DNA from: Hypanus sabinus
Taxonomy: Eukaryota
Direction: 5' to 3'
Assembly: GCF_030144855.1 (NCBI RefSeq)
Contig: NC_082726.1
Span: forward strand, 49,042,001-49,106,000
Length of the DNA stretch: 64,000 nt
Part shown: one piece after another, positions 12,905 through 24,790 of the stretch
How positions within the stretch are numbered: the first letter of the stretch is position 1
Layout: each line of letters begins with the position of its first letter
Program-made: the position numbers and the translations under genes
Notes under the pieces: generated by a model
Told to the model about the DNA's origin: nothing
Database searches by the model: none
The model's input: only the letters and a program-made list of their open reading frames with translations

Positions 12905-13195
12905 GGGGACAGCACGTTAGTGTAGCCATTAGCGCAACACTTTACAGTGCTCCAGCTGTAAGATTGGAATTCAATTCCCACCACTGTCTTAAGGAGTTCC
13001 CGTCACTGCACAGGTTGCCTTTCAGGTTCTCTGGTTTCCTCCCACATTCCAGAAAGGAGAAGTTAGTGTTAGAGAGTTGTGAGCATGCTATGTGGGCTGC
13101 CTAGCATTATCCTTCCTTATTTGATTTGACCGAAGCGATGCATTTCACTGTATGCTTCGATGTACATGTGACAAATAAAGCTAATCTAATCTAAT
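12905..13195 (+). mobile_element. tRNA-derived SINE
   Basis: A/B-box-like head (ttagtgtagc...ttcaattcc) and tail gacaaataaagctaatct shared with 17964, 19847 and 61075. Confidence 0.75.
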
Positions 13196-14483
13196 ATCAA
13201 TACTGGAATGAGGTCTTCAGACTTGAGGAGAGAACAATTAACTGGTCCTGGCTCATGTGAAGTGGATGATTAACAATCCCATTCCATTCCAGAGATGGTG
13301 TGACCTGAGCCAGGATCTCATCAGCTCAAAGGCCCTAATTATTATAATGACCATTTTCAAGTTCGGTCTTAGACAGTCCCTTGATAACGAGAGTGACTTG
13401 CTTCTCTAAGGCTGCTAGGTGGTCCTTTGTAAATGGTTACAAATGGTGCTGGATCCTGTGTTTGGTAAGTTGTGTATTCCTCCCATTATCTGCCCTTAGT
13501 TCTCTTATTGTACAGACTTGGGTTTCAAATGTCTTCCAGGATGTACACAAGAAAATAGTAGCTGGCCATTTGCCCTGCCTTTCAATATGATAATGGCAGA
13601 TCTATCCCAGACCTCAACACTTCTCTGCCAGATCCTACAAAAGTGTACCTCCCTCCACGTTAACTACTTCTAATGAGCTAGCCTCCTATTCTGTGGGGTA
13701 GAAAGTTCCAGAGATTTGCGACCCTCTGCAAGAAAATAAAATCTACGCAGTTGGTTTTCAATGACTGTAACCTTTTTCTTGAAACCATGTTCCCATTGTT
13801 TGCGATTCTCCCGCTAGTGAAACCTGCCTCCTTAGGAATTTACATGATTCAATAAGATCAGGTCTTATTTTTCTAAGTCCAAAGTGTCAGACTCAGCCTG
13901 TTTAGTCTGTGTTGATAAGACAATCTTCTCTTCCCAGGAATTAGCCTGGTAAGTCCCCTTTGGATTTCCTCCAATGTAACCTTATCCATTTTATGCTACT
14001 AAATTCTTTCTGTGTTGAGTCAACACACGCCAACAAAACCCAGGAGTTAGTGAGGATTTTGCAATTTTGTTTCCAAGAATAGTTTAAAATATTTTCAGTC
14101 ATGATGGAAGGTCTCGGCCTGAAACTTCCAACTGTTTATTTCCCTACATTGATGCTGATTAACCTGCATTTTGTGTGTGCTTTTCAAGATTTCCAGCGTC
14201 TGCAGAATCTTTTTGTGTTTTTGAATTATTTTCTGATTTCCCAGAAACTTTTTCATGTGATGGAGTTTGAAGTATAGTCCTTGTTTCAGCAGCCTGGTGA
14301 CAGGCATGCAATGTGGCCCACTTGCAACACCGGCCTGGATGTGATCAGAACTTCGAAGTTCACCCAGAAGACTCTGATTTGCCTAACCCGCCAGTTGGAA
14401 GGATAGCTTGATGGAATCTCTGGCACCCCCCACCGCCACCAATTAAATTGCTAAAAGATACCTGCATCTGCTCCCATATCCAT

Positions 14484-14880
14484 TTCAAAGTTCATAAGTT
14501 CAAAGTAAATTTATTATCAAAGTACATGTATGTCACCAAATACTACCCAGAGATTCATTTTCTGGTGGGCGTTCACAGTAAATACAAAGATGCACAATAG
14601 ATTGAATGAAAGCTGCACACAAAGAAAAACAATGTGCAAAAGACAATAAGTTGTTCAAGAACAAAAAAGAAAATACTCATAAATATGCCGTAAATATTGA
14701 GAACATGAGTTGTATTGTCCTTGAAAGTGAGTCCATAGGTTGTGGAATCAGTTCAGTGAAGTTATCGATGCTGGTTTAAGAACCTGATAATTGAGTGTAA
14801 TAGCTTTTCCTGAACTTAGTGGTGGGGACCTAATGTTCCTGGACTTCCTTCCCAATGGCAGCAACAAGAAGAGAGCACTT
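14484..14880 (-). mobile_element. Rex1-type 3'UTR and coding end with (ACTTTGA)-like tail
   Basis: ttcaaagtaaatttattatcaaagtac... runs into ttcccaatggcagcaacaagaagagagca, the reverse of the LLPSGR-type end. Same family as 58299-58480. Confidence 0.7.
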
Positions 14881-15911
14881 TCTACCCCTTTGGATCTACA
14901 GCAGATCCAGTCTGACCCTAGCACTGTAAACTTTACCTATCAAAATAGGTCTGTTTTAATTTACACATACAAAATGCTGACGAAGGGTCTTGGCCCGAAA
15001 AATCGACTGTCCTTCTGCTGCCTGGCCTGCTGCGTTCCACCAACATTTTGTGTGTGTTGCTTGAATTTCCACTATCTGCAGATTTCCTCGTGTTTCTGTT
15101 TTAATTTAGTTTGTCACTGAACATTGCATAATAATTGTTTTTATTTTAAACCCCAGTGTTAATTTCTTTTGACTCTTAAATCACAAATGTCTTTTTGCAT
15201 AAGCAAAACAAAGCACTTTAAAGCATTATAAATTGCTGCAATTATTTCGCTTTTGCTGGAGCCAGCCACTCCCATCAATTTCTTTGTCTGCCTGCTTTGT
15301 AAATTTAAGCTTTTATGGAGATGTAGGACTTGTAAAGAAAAGTTGCTGTGTAATGAACCAAAATTAATTTTATGATGAAGAATGTGTTTGGAATATTTGA
15401 ACTTGCAGAAGGCATTAGATAAGCCTTTTCAGGACAATATTGACACTAAGGCGAATTCCAGGACTGATTAGGAGAATGAAAAGAAATGCTTGGTAAATAG
15501 TATTGATTTCTGCTGGTTGAGGATGTCTGGAATCAGGGACAGTCTTAAAATCAAGCCCAGGCCTTAAAGTTGCAAAGTTTGGAGATGTTTCTTTATCCAA
15601 AGGGTCATACAGTTCTACAGGTAATGATGTATAGCTTTCTCTCCCATTAAATAGCAATCAATTAACTAGTTTAATAGTTTTATATCTGAAATTGATAACT
15701 GGTTGGACAGATGAGGAATATTAATCCAAACCAGGTGATTGGAGTTCAGATATAAACCAGCCATGATCACAATAAATCGTACAATAGACTTAAAGGGGTG
15801 AATGGCTTCTTCATGCTCTTGTGACAATTTGACACAAAATATTTGACTTCCAGGGAAAAGACAGTTAACTGAACTGGTCTTTTGCCTTTTGTAGGTCTGT
15901 CTGATTCAGCA

Positions 15912-15969
15912 ATGTCGGGCTTACTCGACTGGCTGTACAATGGATTCACCAGCATGCTACAGTTCCTGG
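15912..15969 (+). CDS. SAR1A: SAR1A coding exon 1 (N-terminal amphipathic helix); exon begins at 15895
   Basis: Acceptor ttttgtag|; ATG at 15912; encodes MSGLLDWLYNGFTSMLQFL-G; donor gtaagt; 58 nt. Confidence 0.95.
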
Positions 15970-17039
15970 GTAAGTAGCAGCAAGTTTCATTTCCCGCTGT
16001 TGTTCTCTTCCCCTGAATTTGGTGACTGCAGTTTATGGATTGAATTTGTACAGAAGTAATTTTAATTATTTGTAACCTTAATCTGGCTCTGGGAGCATGA
16101 GACTTCATTAGCTTTGGCATTATTAACTATAGATTTGGCAGCATTCATGACTTAATTCCATTGTTGTATAAGCCTAGTTTTATAAAATGTCATATGTTAT
16201 AAACTTTTGCTAAGCATGGCTTGAGAAAGCTTTTTCAATTCTCAAAATATTAAAAATAGATATTAAACAGTTAATAATTTATATAAATCACTTGTAAATT
16301 ATATAAGTATAAATTGCAAAGTATTGTAATTCTTTTCATGTTGGGATTGATGGCTTTCTTTCAACTACTAATATGGTTTTCAGTATTCTATGGCTATCTG
16401 GAGAAGACACGTTTCAGAGTTGTATTCTGCATACATACTTTGATAATAAAATGAACTTTTGAACCTTTTTGAACTTTTAATTATAAATTATTTCCAATCT
16501 ATTAATGTTTGAATAGCAGCAGAACACTACTTTTCCATTCACAAAGGGAATATATCTGAGAAGGTGGTCAGTGGTGTTAAGTTGTTTATGAAACCATCTG
16601 GTTGATTGATTAATGAGAACAGTTAGGGAACGAGAAAACAAATGTGTTAAAGCCGTGAAATTCTGATTCGAACAGTTGCAGAGAACCAAAAAGTGAACGT
16701 TGGAAATGGTCAAAGTTCATTGTCATATGTACAAGTGTACAAGTGTGTGCTCTCTTCACCACAGTATCATATACAATATTCACAAGAAAAACATAAATTA
16801 CACAAAATAGTACAATTACAAACACAATTAGACAAAAAATTATAGCGCAAGGTGGTCATAGTGTTGCTGTAGTGAGGTGGTGATTATGGTTGTGTGGGTT
16901 GATTCAAGAACTGAATTGTTGAAGGGAAGTAGCTGTTCTTGAACTTGGTGTGAGTCTTAAGGCTTCTGTACCTCCTGCCTGATGGCAGCTGCCCAACTTA
17001 ATAATTTTTGTCTGTAGAGAGAAAATAAAGACAGGTAAT

Positions 17040-19130
17040 ATGGCAGGGAGATAATCCTTGAGTAGAACTGGATAAAGAGATGGAGAGTTACTTCAAATTC
17101 TTGTATTCTGTATTGACTCTCGCGGAAGATGGGGTACTGTTCCTCAACTTTGTAAAACAGAAAGCCACCAACAGATACCTCAGAGTGGAAGAGACATGGA
17201 GAATTAAAAGGAGAAGCAACTGGAATCTTAATGTTAGTCCTGTGGATTGAGCAAAAGTGATCTGAAAAGTGATTGCTCAGTCTGCATTTGGTCTCTCTAT
17301 ATTAGAGGGGACAATATTGTTAGTACTGAGTAGAATATATTAGACTGGAGGAGGTGTTTCAAGGATGAGGTAAAAGAGCAGGTATAGTTCCTTCAGAGGT
17401 ATGGGAAATTGCAAAGAGGAGTAGTTGATTGACATGGAAGATTAGATCAGGAAATTATATATGTCATAACTGGGGAAACTGTTCTAGCATTGGCGAAGAA
17501 AAAGAGGTGAAGGTACACAAAATTGAGATGTTCTGTAAAATCTCTGCCAACTATTGTAAAGGGGAAGCCTTGGTTAGGGGAGAAGGAAGTTATTTTAGGC
17601 ATCTGTGTAGTAAGTTTTGTCATTGGAACAGATGTGACAGAGATGGAAGAACAGGGAACGTGCAATAGAGTCCTTACAGGAAATGGTGGGAGGGTGTATA
17701 GTCATGGTAACTGTGGACCTTTAATGGGTATTGTCATTTAGTCCATCCCCTGAAGCAGAGACAAAAGTTCAGGAAGGGAAGAAACAGGAGGATCATGTGA
17801 AGGTGAGAGATGGAAATTAGCAGCAGAGGTCTTAAGTTTTGAATGAGTGCAGAAAGCAACAGCAATGGAGTTATCAACGTACTTTGGGAGAGAACCTGAG
17901 TAGAAGAATTTTAGAGAAGGGTAAGTATAATTTGCACTTAAATAAGATGTATAATTTAATTAGGCAGCATGGCCATGTAGCGGTTAGCGTAAGGCATTAT
18001 AAAGCCAGTGATCAGCGATCGTGGTCCAGTTCCTGCCTCTGTGTGTAAGGAATTTGTATGCTCTCCTTGCGACAGCTTATGTTTCTTCAGGGTGGTCAGG
18101 ATTCTTCCCACATTCCAAAGACATACAGGTTAGTAAGTTGCGGGCATGCTATGCTGGCACCAAAGCATGGTGACATTTGTGGACTACCCCCAGCTCAATC
18201 TCAGACTATGTTGGTTGCCGATGCAAATAATGCACTTCACTGGTATGTTTCAATATTTATGTGACAAATAAAACTAATCTTTAATTTGGGCCTTAGCTGC
18301 ATCTTTGATCCAGAGGAAGTTGAGCTGAAGGAGAAGTTGTTAAGTGCGAGAATGTTTAGCCAGGTGAGCCCCAGACGTGTCATGGATGTGTAGAGGGACT
18401 ATATATCCATGATAAAGATAAGCCAGATGGAATCAGAAAATTGATAACTGTATAAGTGAAAGGAGTGTATCGGAGGTGGACATGCGTGTAAGCAGCAAGG
18501 AATTGGATCAGTGATGGAGCTGGTTGAAAGAACTGAGTTTGCTGGTACTAAACCAGGCTAAAACAATGGCTCTGTTTGGGTTCTGTTAGTGGATCCTGCA
18601 GAAGATTTAGTGCCTGCTGTATGAGGTTGGGAAGGTTATGATATGGAGATTGTGGAGGGAAAATTGTGTGAGGAAATGGAGTCCAAAAATGTCTGGCTCG
18701 ACATTCAGTGGTGGGTTTATGGTCCAGAGGGATGTTTAAGAAAGTATCTGAGAGCCGATGTTTGAGGAAACACCTAGAGAAAACCCACAGACGTTGTTCA
18801 CACTGTTGCTGGCAGGTTTGAAGATATTAGAGTTGCACCTAAGTGAGCAGAGCTTTGCAGGTTCAGAAGGAGCACAGGTCAGATTTGAGTAAGGTGGAAA
18901 AATCAACACTATTAATGTTGCATGGACAGTTGATAATATGTAGATCTGGAGAAGGCAAGAGGGAGCAGTCCAAATCAATCAGAAACTCTGGAAATGTGAG
19001 AAAGGATCCACAGTCGGGTGAAAACTCAAGGGTAAAGAAATTGGTATGAAGATAATGTAGAGCCAAATGTCATGCCAGATTCTGAATTCATGAGGATTGA
19101 GAAGTGGAGCATAATGCTGAGACCTAATGA
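17040..19130 (-). mobile_element. Old, heavily decayed Penelope-like element, interrupted by a SINE
   Basis: Purine-rich stretch; ctcagtctgcatttggtctctctatattagagg reads as a decayed (LY)IGET.R.L on the minus strand. Resembles 6500-6700 and 56340-56480. Confidence 0.5.
17964..18285 (+). mobile_element. tRNA-derived SINE
   Basis: ggcagcatgg...gtagcggttagcg head; gtgacaaataaaactaatct tail. Confidence 0.75.
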
Positions 19131-19251
19131 TGAAAATCTGATCAAGTGATTTTAAATAAGGATTAAATACTCAAAAAATTATGCCTTGGAGTTAAAATAA
19201 TTGCCTACCTAAATTAGCTGTAGTAAATGCTGTGTTGTTTTCTTTTCCCAG

Positions 19252-19371
19252 GTTTATATAAGAAATCGGGAAAATTGGTTTTCCTAGGCTTGGACAATGC
19301 TGGGAAAACCACCTTATTACACATGCTGAAAGATAACAGGCTGGGGCAGCATGTTCCAACATTGCATCCCA
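19252..19371 (+). CDS. SAR1A: SAR1A coding exon 2 (P-loop GLDNAGKT, switch I)
   Basis: ttttcccag| [39 protein letters not shown] |gtaagt; 120 nt, phase 1/1. Confidence 0.98.
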
Positions 19372-20371
19372 GTAAGTATCAAAGTATAGCTCAATGTCCA
19401 CGAGTCCCAGGATCTCCCCCTGCAAGAACTGCGCACTTTTCTTGCTGATACCTCATTCTGCCTCCATATAGTTTGTGTATTTATCATATTCTTTGTTAAT
19501 GGTTAGTAGACAAAGCAAGCACTACAAAGGACAGTAGCCAACTTCAGGCTTAGCCCCTGAGCCTTGACAAGACTGTGGCTTAACTATTTGATCAGTAGGG
19601 TCTGTTAGTTGTAATAAACTGGGACAAATTCAGATTGAAAACAGAAAATGCTGGATAAGCCCAGCAGATCAAACAACATCTGTGGACTGAGAAACAGTTT
19701 ATTTGAGTCTGCAACATTTTATGTGAAAAATTACAGGCCCAAAATGTTGACTAATGCAGGCAGCATCTCTTCCCATAGATACTGCCTGCCCTGCTGAGTT
19801 TTTAATTTGGATTTTCTGTACCTGCAGTTTTTAATTTTTCTGTGGATGGCAGAGTAGCATAATGATCAGCAGAATGCTTTACAGTGCCAGCGATCAGGGT
19901 CAATTCCCACTGCTGTCTCTAAGGAGTTTGTATATTCTTCCATGAATGCATGGGTTTCCTCCCACATTCTAAAGGCTTATGGAGTTGTGGGCATGCTATG
20001 TTGGCTTAAGATAAATGTTTTTATTTTAGATTTCCAGTATCTGCGGCAGTTTCTTTTTCAATTTTCACGCACTCTTAACATGCCGTAAGCCTAATGACAT
20101 TTGCAGGCTGCCTCCAGCTTGTCCTCGGACTGCATTGGTCATTAATGCAAAACTGCACATTTCAGTGTGACAAGTAAAACTTATTTTATCATACTTAAAT
20201 ATTCAAGTTAATCCAATGTTATACTGCAGGCCTGTAGGATTTATATTTATATTATCGGCAAAGGCAGAAAGCTTGTATGCTTGTGGATTTGAATCATTTG
20301 AATCATTCTGATGAAAAAGAACTTGATTCTTGGTACTAAATTAGCAGGTCAAAATGGTAGGTGGAATGGTT

Positions 20372-21458
20372 GGTTAGATCTGTGGCATTCAAGTCTGGTG
20401 AGCCAGGCCTGTACCAGAAAACAGGTAAGATTTGCGGAGGACTATTTCAAGGGCAAAGAGTCATAATCAAACGAAGTTGAAGGCAACTTGGGATGTACGA
20501 CAACTCTGGCAAGGTTTGCAAGACATTACTTCCTGCAAAGCAAAACCCAATAGCATGAATAGCAGTGATGCTTCACTACCAGATGAACTCAACGCCTCCT
20601 CACTGACGATCAATATTGTTGGTAGAATCTCAGATGGTGTCGAGAGGGCATACAGGAGTGAGATGTGCCAACTAGTGCTTCAACAACCTGGCACTCAACG
20701 TCAGTAAGACGAAAGAGCTGATTGTGGACTTCAGGAAGGGTAAAACGAAGGAATACATACCAATCCTCATAGAGGATCAGAAGTGGAGAGTGAGCAGTTT
20801 CAAGTTCCTGGGTAAGATCTCTGAGGACCTAACCTGGTCCCAACATATCAATGCAGTTATAAAGAAGGCAAGACAGCGACTATACTTCATTAGGATTTTG
20901 AAGAGATTTGGTATGTCAACAAATACACACAAAAATTTCTGTAGATGTACCGTGAAGAGCATTCTTTCAGGCTGCATCACTGTCTGGTTTAGGGAGGGGG
21001 TGGGGGGGTACTGCACAAGATGAAAGAAGCTGCAGAGGGTTTTAAATTTAGTCGACTCCATCTTGGGTACTCGCCTACACAGTGCCCAGGACATCTTCAA
21101 GGAGCAGTGTTTCAAAAAGGCATCATCTGTTATTAAGGACCTCCAGCACCCTGGGCATATCCTTTTCTGACTGTTACCATCAGGTAGGAGGTACAGAAGC
21201 CTGAAGGCACATACTCAGCGATTCAGGAACAGCTTCTTCCCCTCTGCCATCTGATTCCTAAATGGACATTGAATCCATGAACACTACTTCACTTTTTTAA
21301 TATATATTATTTCTGTTTTTTGCATGATTTTTAATCTATTCAATATACATATACTGTAATTGATTTACTTTTTTTTTCTACATTATGTATTGCATTGAAC
21401 TGCTGCTGCTAAGTTAACAAATTTTACGACACATGCTGGTGATAATAAATCTGATTCT
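20372..21458 (+). mobile_element. Rex1/Babar LINE with internal deletions
   Basis: RQLWQGL...SLPDELNA is joined directly to IVGRISDG near 20600; FKFLG..SEDLTWSQH follows; the 3'UTR ends aataaatctgattctg. Confidence 0.85.
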
Positions 21459-22930
21459 GGGGCTGACCCAGAAAAGCCCTGTGGGTGATAAAAAGAATAG
21501 ACTTGGTATTCTCCTACTGGCAGTTGGAGGAATGGATCTGGTATAACTTGGATATGATGCCATTAAACAACTATGAATTTCTGTTTTACTGGCACCTCTA
21601 ACAACACAAAAAAACCATGCCATTCCCATAAGAATTGGAACAAATGGCCAAGAGTTTGGCCAGATATGATTTTTAATGAGGATTTTAAAAGCAAGGCTTG
21701 AGGAGTGAATTTCAGAGCTTAGCAACTGAGGAGTTTGAAGTCAGTGGCAGAGCAAATTGGGTGTGATCAAGAATGGGGCTGATTAACATATTGAATTCAA
21801 GTAGTACATAGTTGGGTTTAAGGCTGGAGGAGAGAGATCATGAACAAGTCTAAAAACAGATGCAGATATTAAAATTGATGTGTTCCTTAATCTGGAGTCA
21901 GTGCAGATCGGGAGAGAGAGGATATGAGTTGGGATACAGATAAGAGTTCTGCAGATCTAGGGTTAATAAGTGACCACTGTGTCTGACTCCGATCCTTTGC
22001 CCAGGTGGCTGCAAACAGGTGACGCTGCAGCATGAGGCCTAGTTCTTGCTACGACCAAGGCCACGCAGCTCTTCTGCCACTCACCAATAAACCGTTGTCC
22101 AACAGGGTCTTGCAATCACAAGATGATCGCTCCCTGTTAGACTGCACACCTTCCTTCGCTCATTGATGCCTCTCTGTCATAGGCAGCATCACAGTCCACA
22201 CCAACTCCTGTTCCTTCAGTTTCTCCACCAATGAGCAACTCGCTAATGGGTATACCTGCAGTACTTTAGGTTCTTAATGTCCAGTAGGGTCTTGCAATCG
22301 TAAAAAAGTACACTTAAAAAAGACACCACCACCTTTGTTTGATCCCATAGAAGCTGCTGCATCAGACCCCGCCACTATCTTACCGGAAGATGGGTATCCT
22401 GTACTAACCTTCTGTTTAGCAGGGTATTTAATAGCAGTTCTTATTAAAGTAAAATTCCAAGAAAATTAACATAAATTTTGGAAGGTTATCATGTTTTTAC
22501 ATACGAATTTTCTCTCCAGCCTCTTGACTCATCAATTGTCTCTGATTTTGCTCACAGTCGAGCAAATAACATAATGGTCAGAGAAGCAATTCTACACATT
22601 AATGTGAGGATCTAGAGTCCCTTGCTGCTCTATCAGGCTTTGTAGCTTCCAACATAATGTCCTCAAAAGGTTGACCTTGATACAGCAAAATAAATGCCTC
22701 TGCTATTGCAAAATAAAGCTACACAGAAGCTCTTCAGTTTTAAACACTGAATTATTCAGTTACGATTGAGCAACTTGTTTCCCTACAGTGCGGGATTCAG
22801 CTTGTGATTGTCGAAAGAACTCAGTGTTGCCCTTGGCTTGTATTTGCTCCCAGTTCTCAGTTTTGTTTGTTCATTGCATTTGTTTGTTCATTGAGATTGC
22901 TCATTCTAATTTTTTTTATTATTGTTACAG

Positions 22931-22996
22931 CATCAGAAGAGCTCACCATTGCAGGAATGACATTCACTACCTTTGACCTTGGAGGTCACGCACAAG
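22931..22996 (+). CDS. SAR1A: SAR1A coding exon 3 (DxxG, catalytic His79)
   Basis: gttacag| SEELTIAGMTFTTFDLGGHAQ |gtataa; 66 nt. Confidence 0.98.
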
Positions 22997-23459
22997 GTAT
23001 AAGTGCCAAAAAAATAGCTTTATCATGTTTGTGCACAGTAATGTGTTGTTCTGCTGATCAGGCTTGGCATTTTTCAGTATACCATCCCAGCGTATTAAAC
23101 TGGAAACTTTGTCTGTCCAAAGCAGCCCTGAGATATTTCACTTTAACATAATGGTGGTCATCTGTCCTGTTATTGTCTGGTAATATTTTTGTCCTGACTG
23201 TGCTTTGATGAAGTGTGTTGGGGCATTAAATCACGTAAAGTATTTGTATAAGTGGTAATTATTTTTGGCTCTTTGACCTAGAAACACCATTACCATTGTG
23301 CTGATATTGGAAGTTTAATTTTAGATAAAATCCTTATGCCATATCCCCTCAGCATCTTGTCTTCCAATAAAACCACCTTTCATTCTTTTAAACTCTACCA
23401 AACCTAGGCCCACCATGCTCTGCCTTTCTTCATATATTAGGATGCAACATACTGTACAT

Positions 23460-24790
23460 AGTTGTACGGGTAAAGTGGGCAGCAAGAAATTGGTAAATGG
23501 AGTATAAATGTGGGAAAGCACGGAGTTTTCCACTTTGGAAGGAGGAATGAAAAGTAAATTATTACCTACAAGTATTAAAATATAAAAGATAAAATTTTGC
23601 AATACAAAGAGATCTGGGGTCCTTCTACATGAAAGACAAAAGTTTAGCATGTAGAGACTGCAGGTAATTAGGAAAGCTCAAGGAATGTTGGCATTTAGTT
23701 TATGGACCATAAAAGTAGTTTTCATGTGCCTCTAAGGAGTGTTAGTGAGACTGCAGTTAGAGTATGGCGTACAATTTGGTCTCCATGTTTAAGATATAAT
23801 TCACTTGTGTGGAGGCAGTCGGGTGCTGGAGGAACTGATGCTTGAAGAAAGGTTTAGCCTGTATTCATTGGAGTCTAGAGAAATGATGGGTATATAGGAT
23901 TCTGAGGTAGGTTGATAAAATGGATGGTAAGAGGTTGTTTTCACCAGTGGCGCTATCTAATACATAGTTTCAGAATAAGGAATTACCCATTTAAGGTAAA
24001 AGTGGCTACACAGCTTGATAGGATCGCTAAAAAGGCATGTGCATTGAGTTCAAAAGTCAGCAAGTTATGTTTTAGCTTTATAAAACTGGTTAGGGCACAT
24101 CTGGAGTTTTTTCTTTATTAAGTGCAATCGTGAACAGTAGCCAGATCAGAAATGCTGATCAAGTCAACTAGTTCCCAAAGAGAACTCTGATAGGCCAATC
24201 AGATGGTTCACTGCTGCTCAGTGATAGAACATTTTTAAAAAATCATACATATTGCATACAGTTTTGGTTGCCCCATTATAAGAAGGATGTAGGGGCTTTG
24301 GAGAAAGTTACAAAGAGGTTACTAGGATGTTGTCTAGATCAGAGGACATGCGCTATAATAAGAGGTTAGACAAAGTTTTTTCTCTGGAGCAGTGGAGGCT
24401 GAGGGGAGATCTGACAGAGATTTATAAGATTATGAAAGGCATAGACAGAGGAGACAGACAGTAACTTTTTTCCCAAGGTTGAAATGTCTAATACCAGAGA
24501 GTATGCACTTAAGGTGAGGGGGAGTAAGCTCAAAGGAGATGTAAGGGACAAGTGTTTTCCATAGAATGGTGGGTGTGTTGACTGCACTGGCTGGGATGGT
24601 GGAAGAGGCAGGTACATTGGGGGCTTTAAGGAGACATTTAGACAGGCACATGAAGGTGAGGAAAATGGAAGGACATGTATATAGTGTAGGCTGAAGAGAT
24701 TAGCTTAGGTGGCCATTTGATTCTTAATTTATTGGCTCGGCACAATATTGTGGGCTGAAAGGCCTGTTTTTGTGCTTTACTGTTCTGACC
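23460..24790 (+). mobile_element. Mosaic of CR1 3' fragments
   Basis: Decayed RT C-terminal motifs (ctgaggggagatctgacagagatttataag) and a CR1 tail near 24750-24790. Confidence 0.7.
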
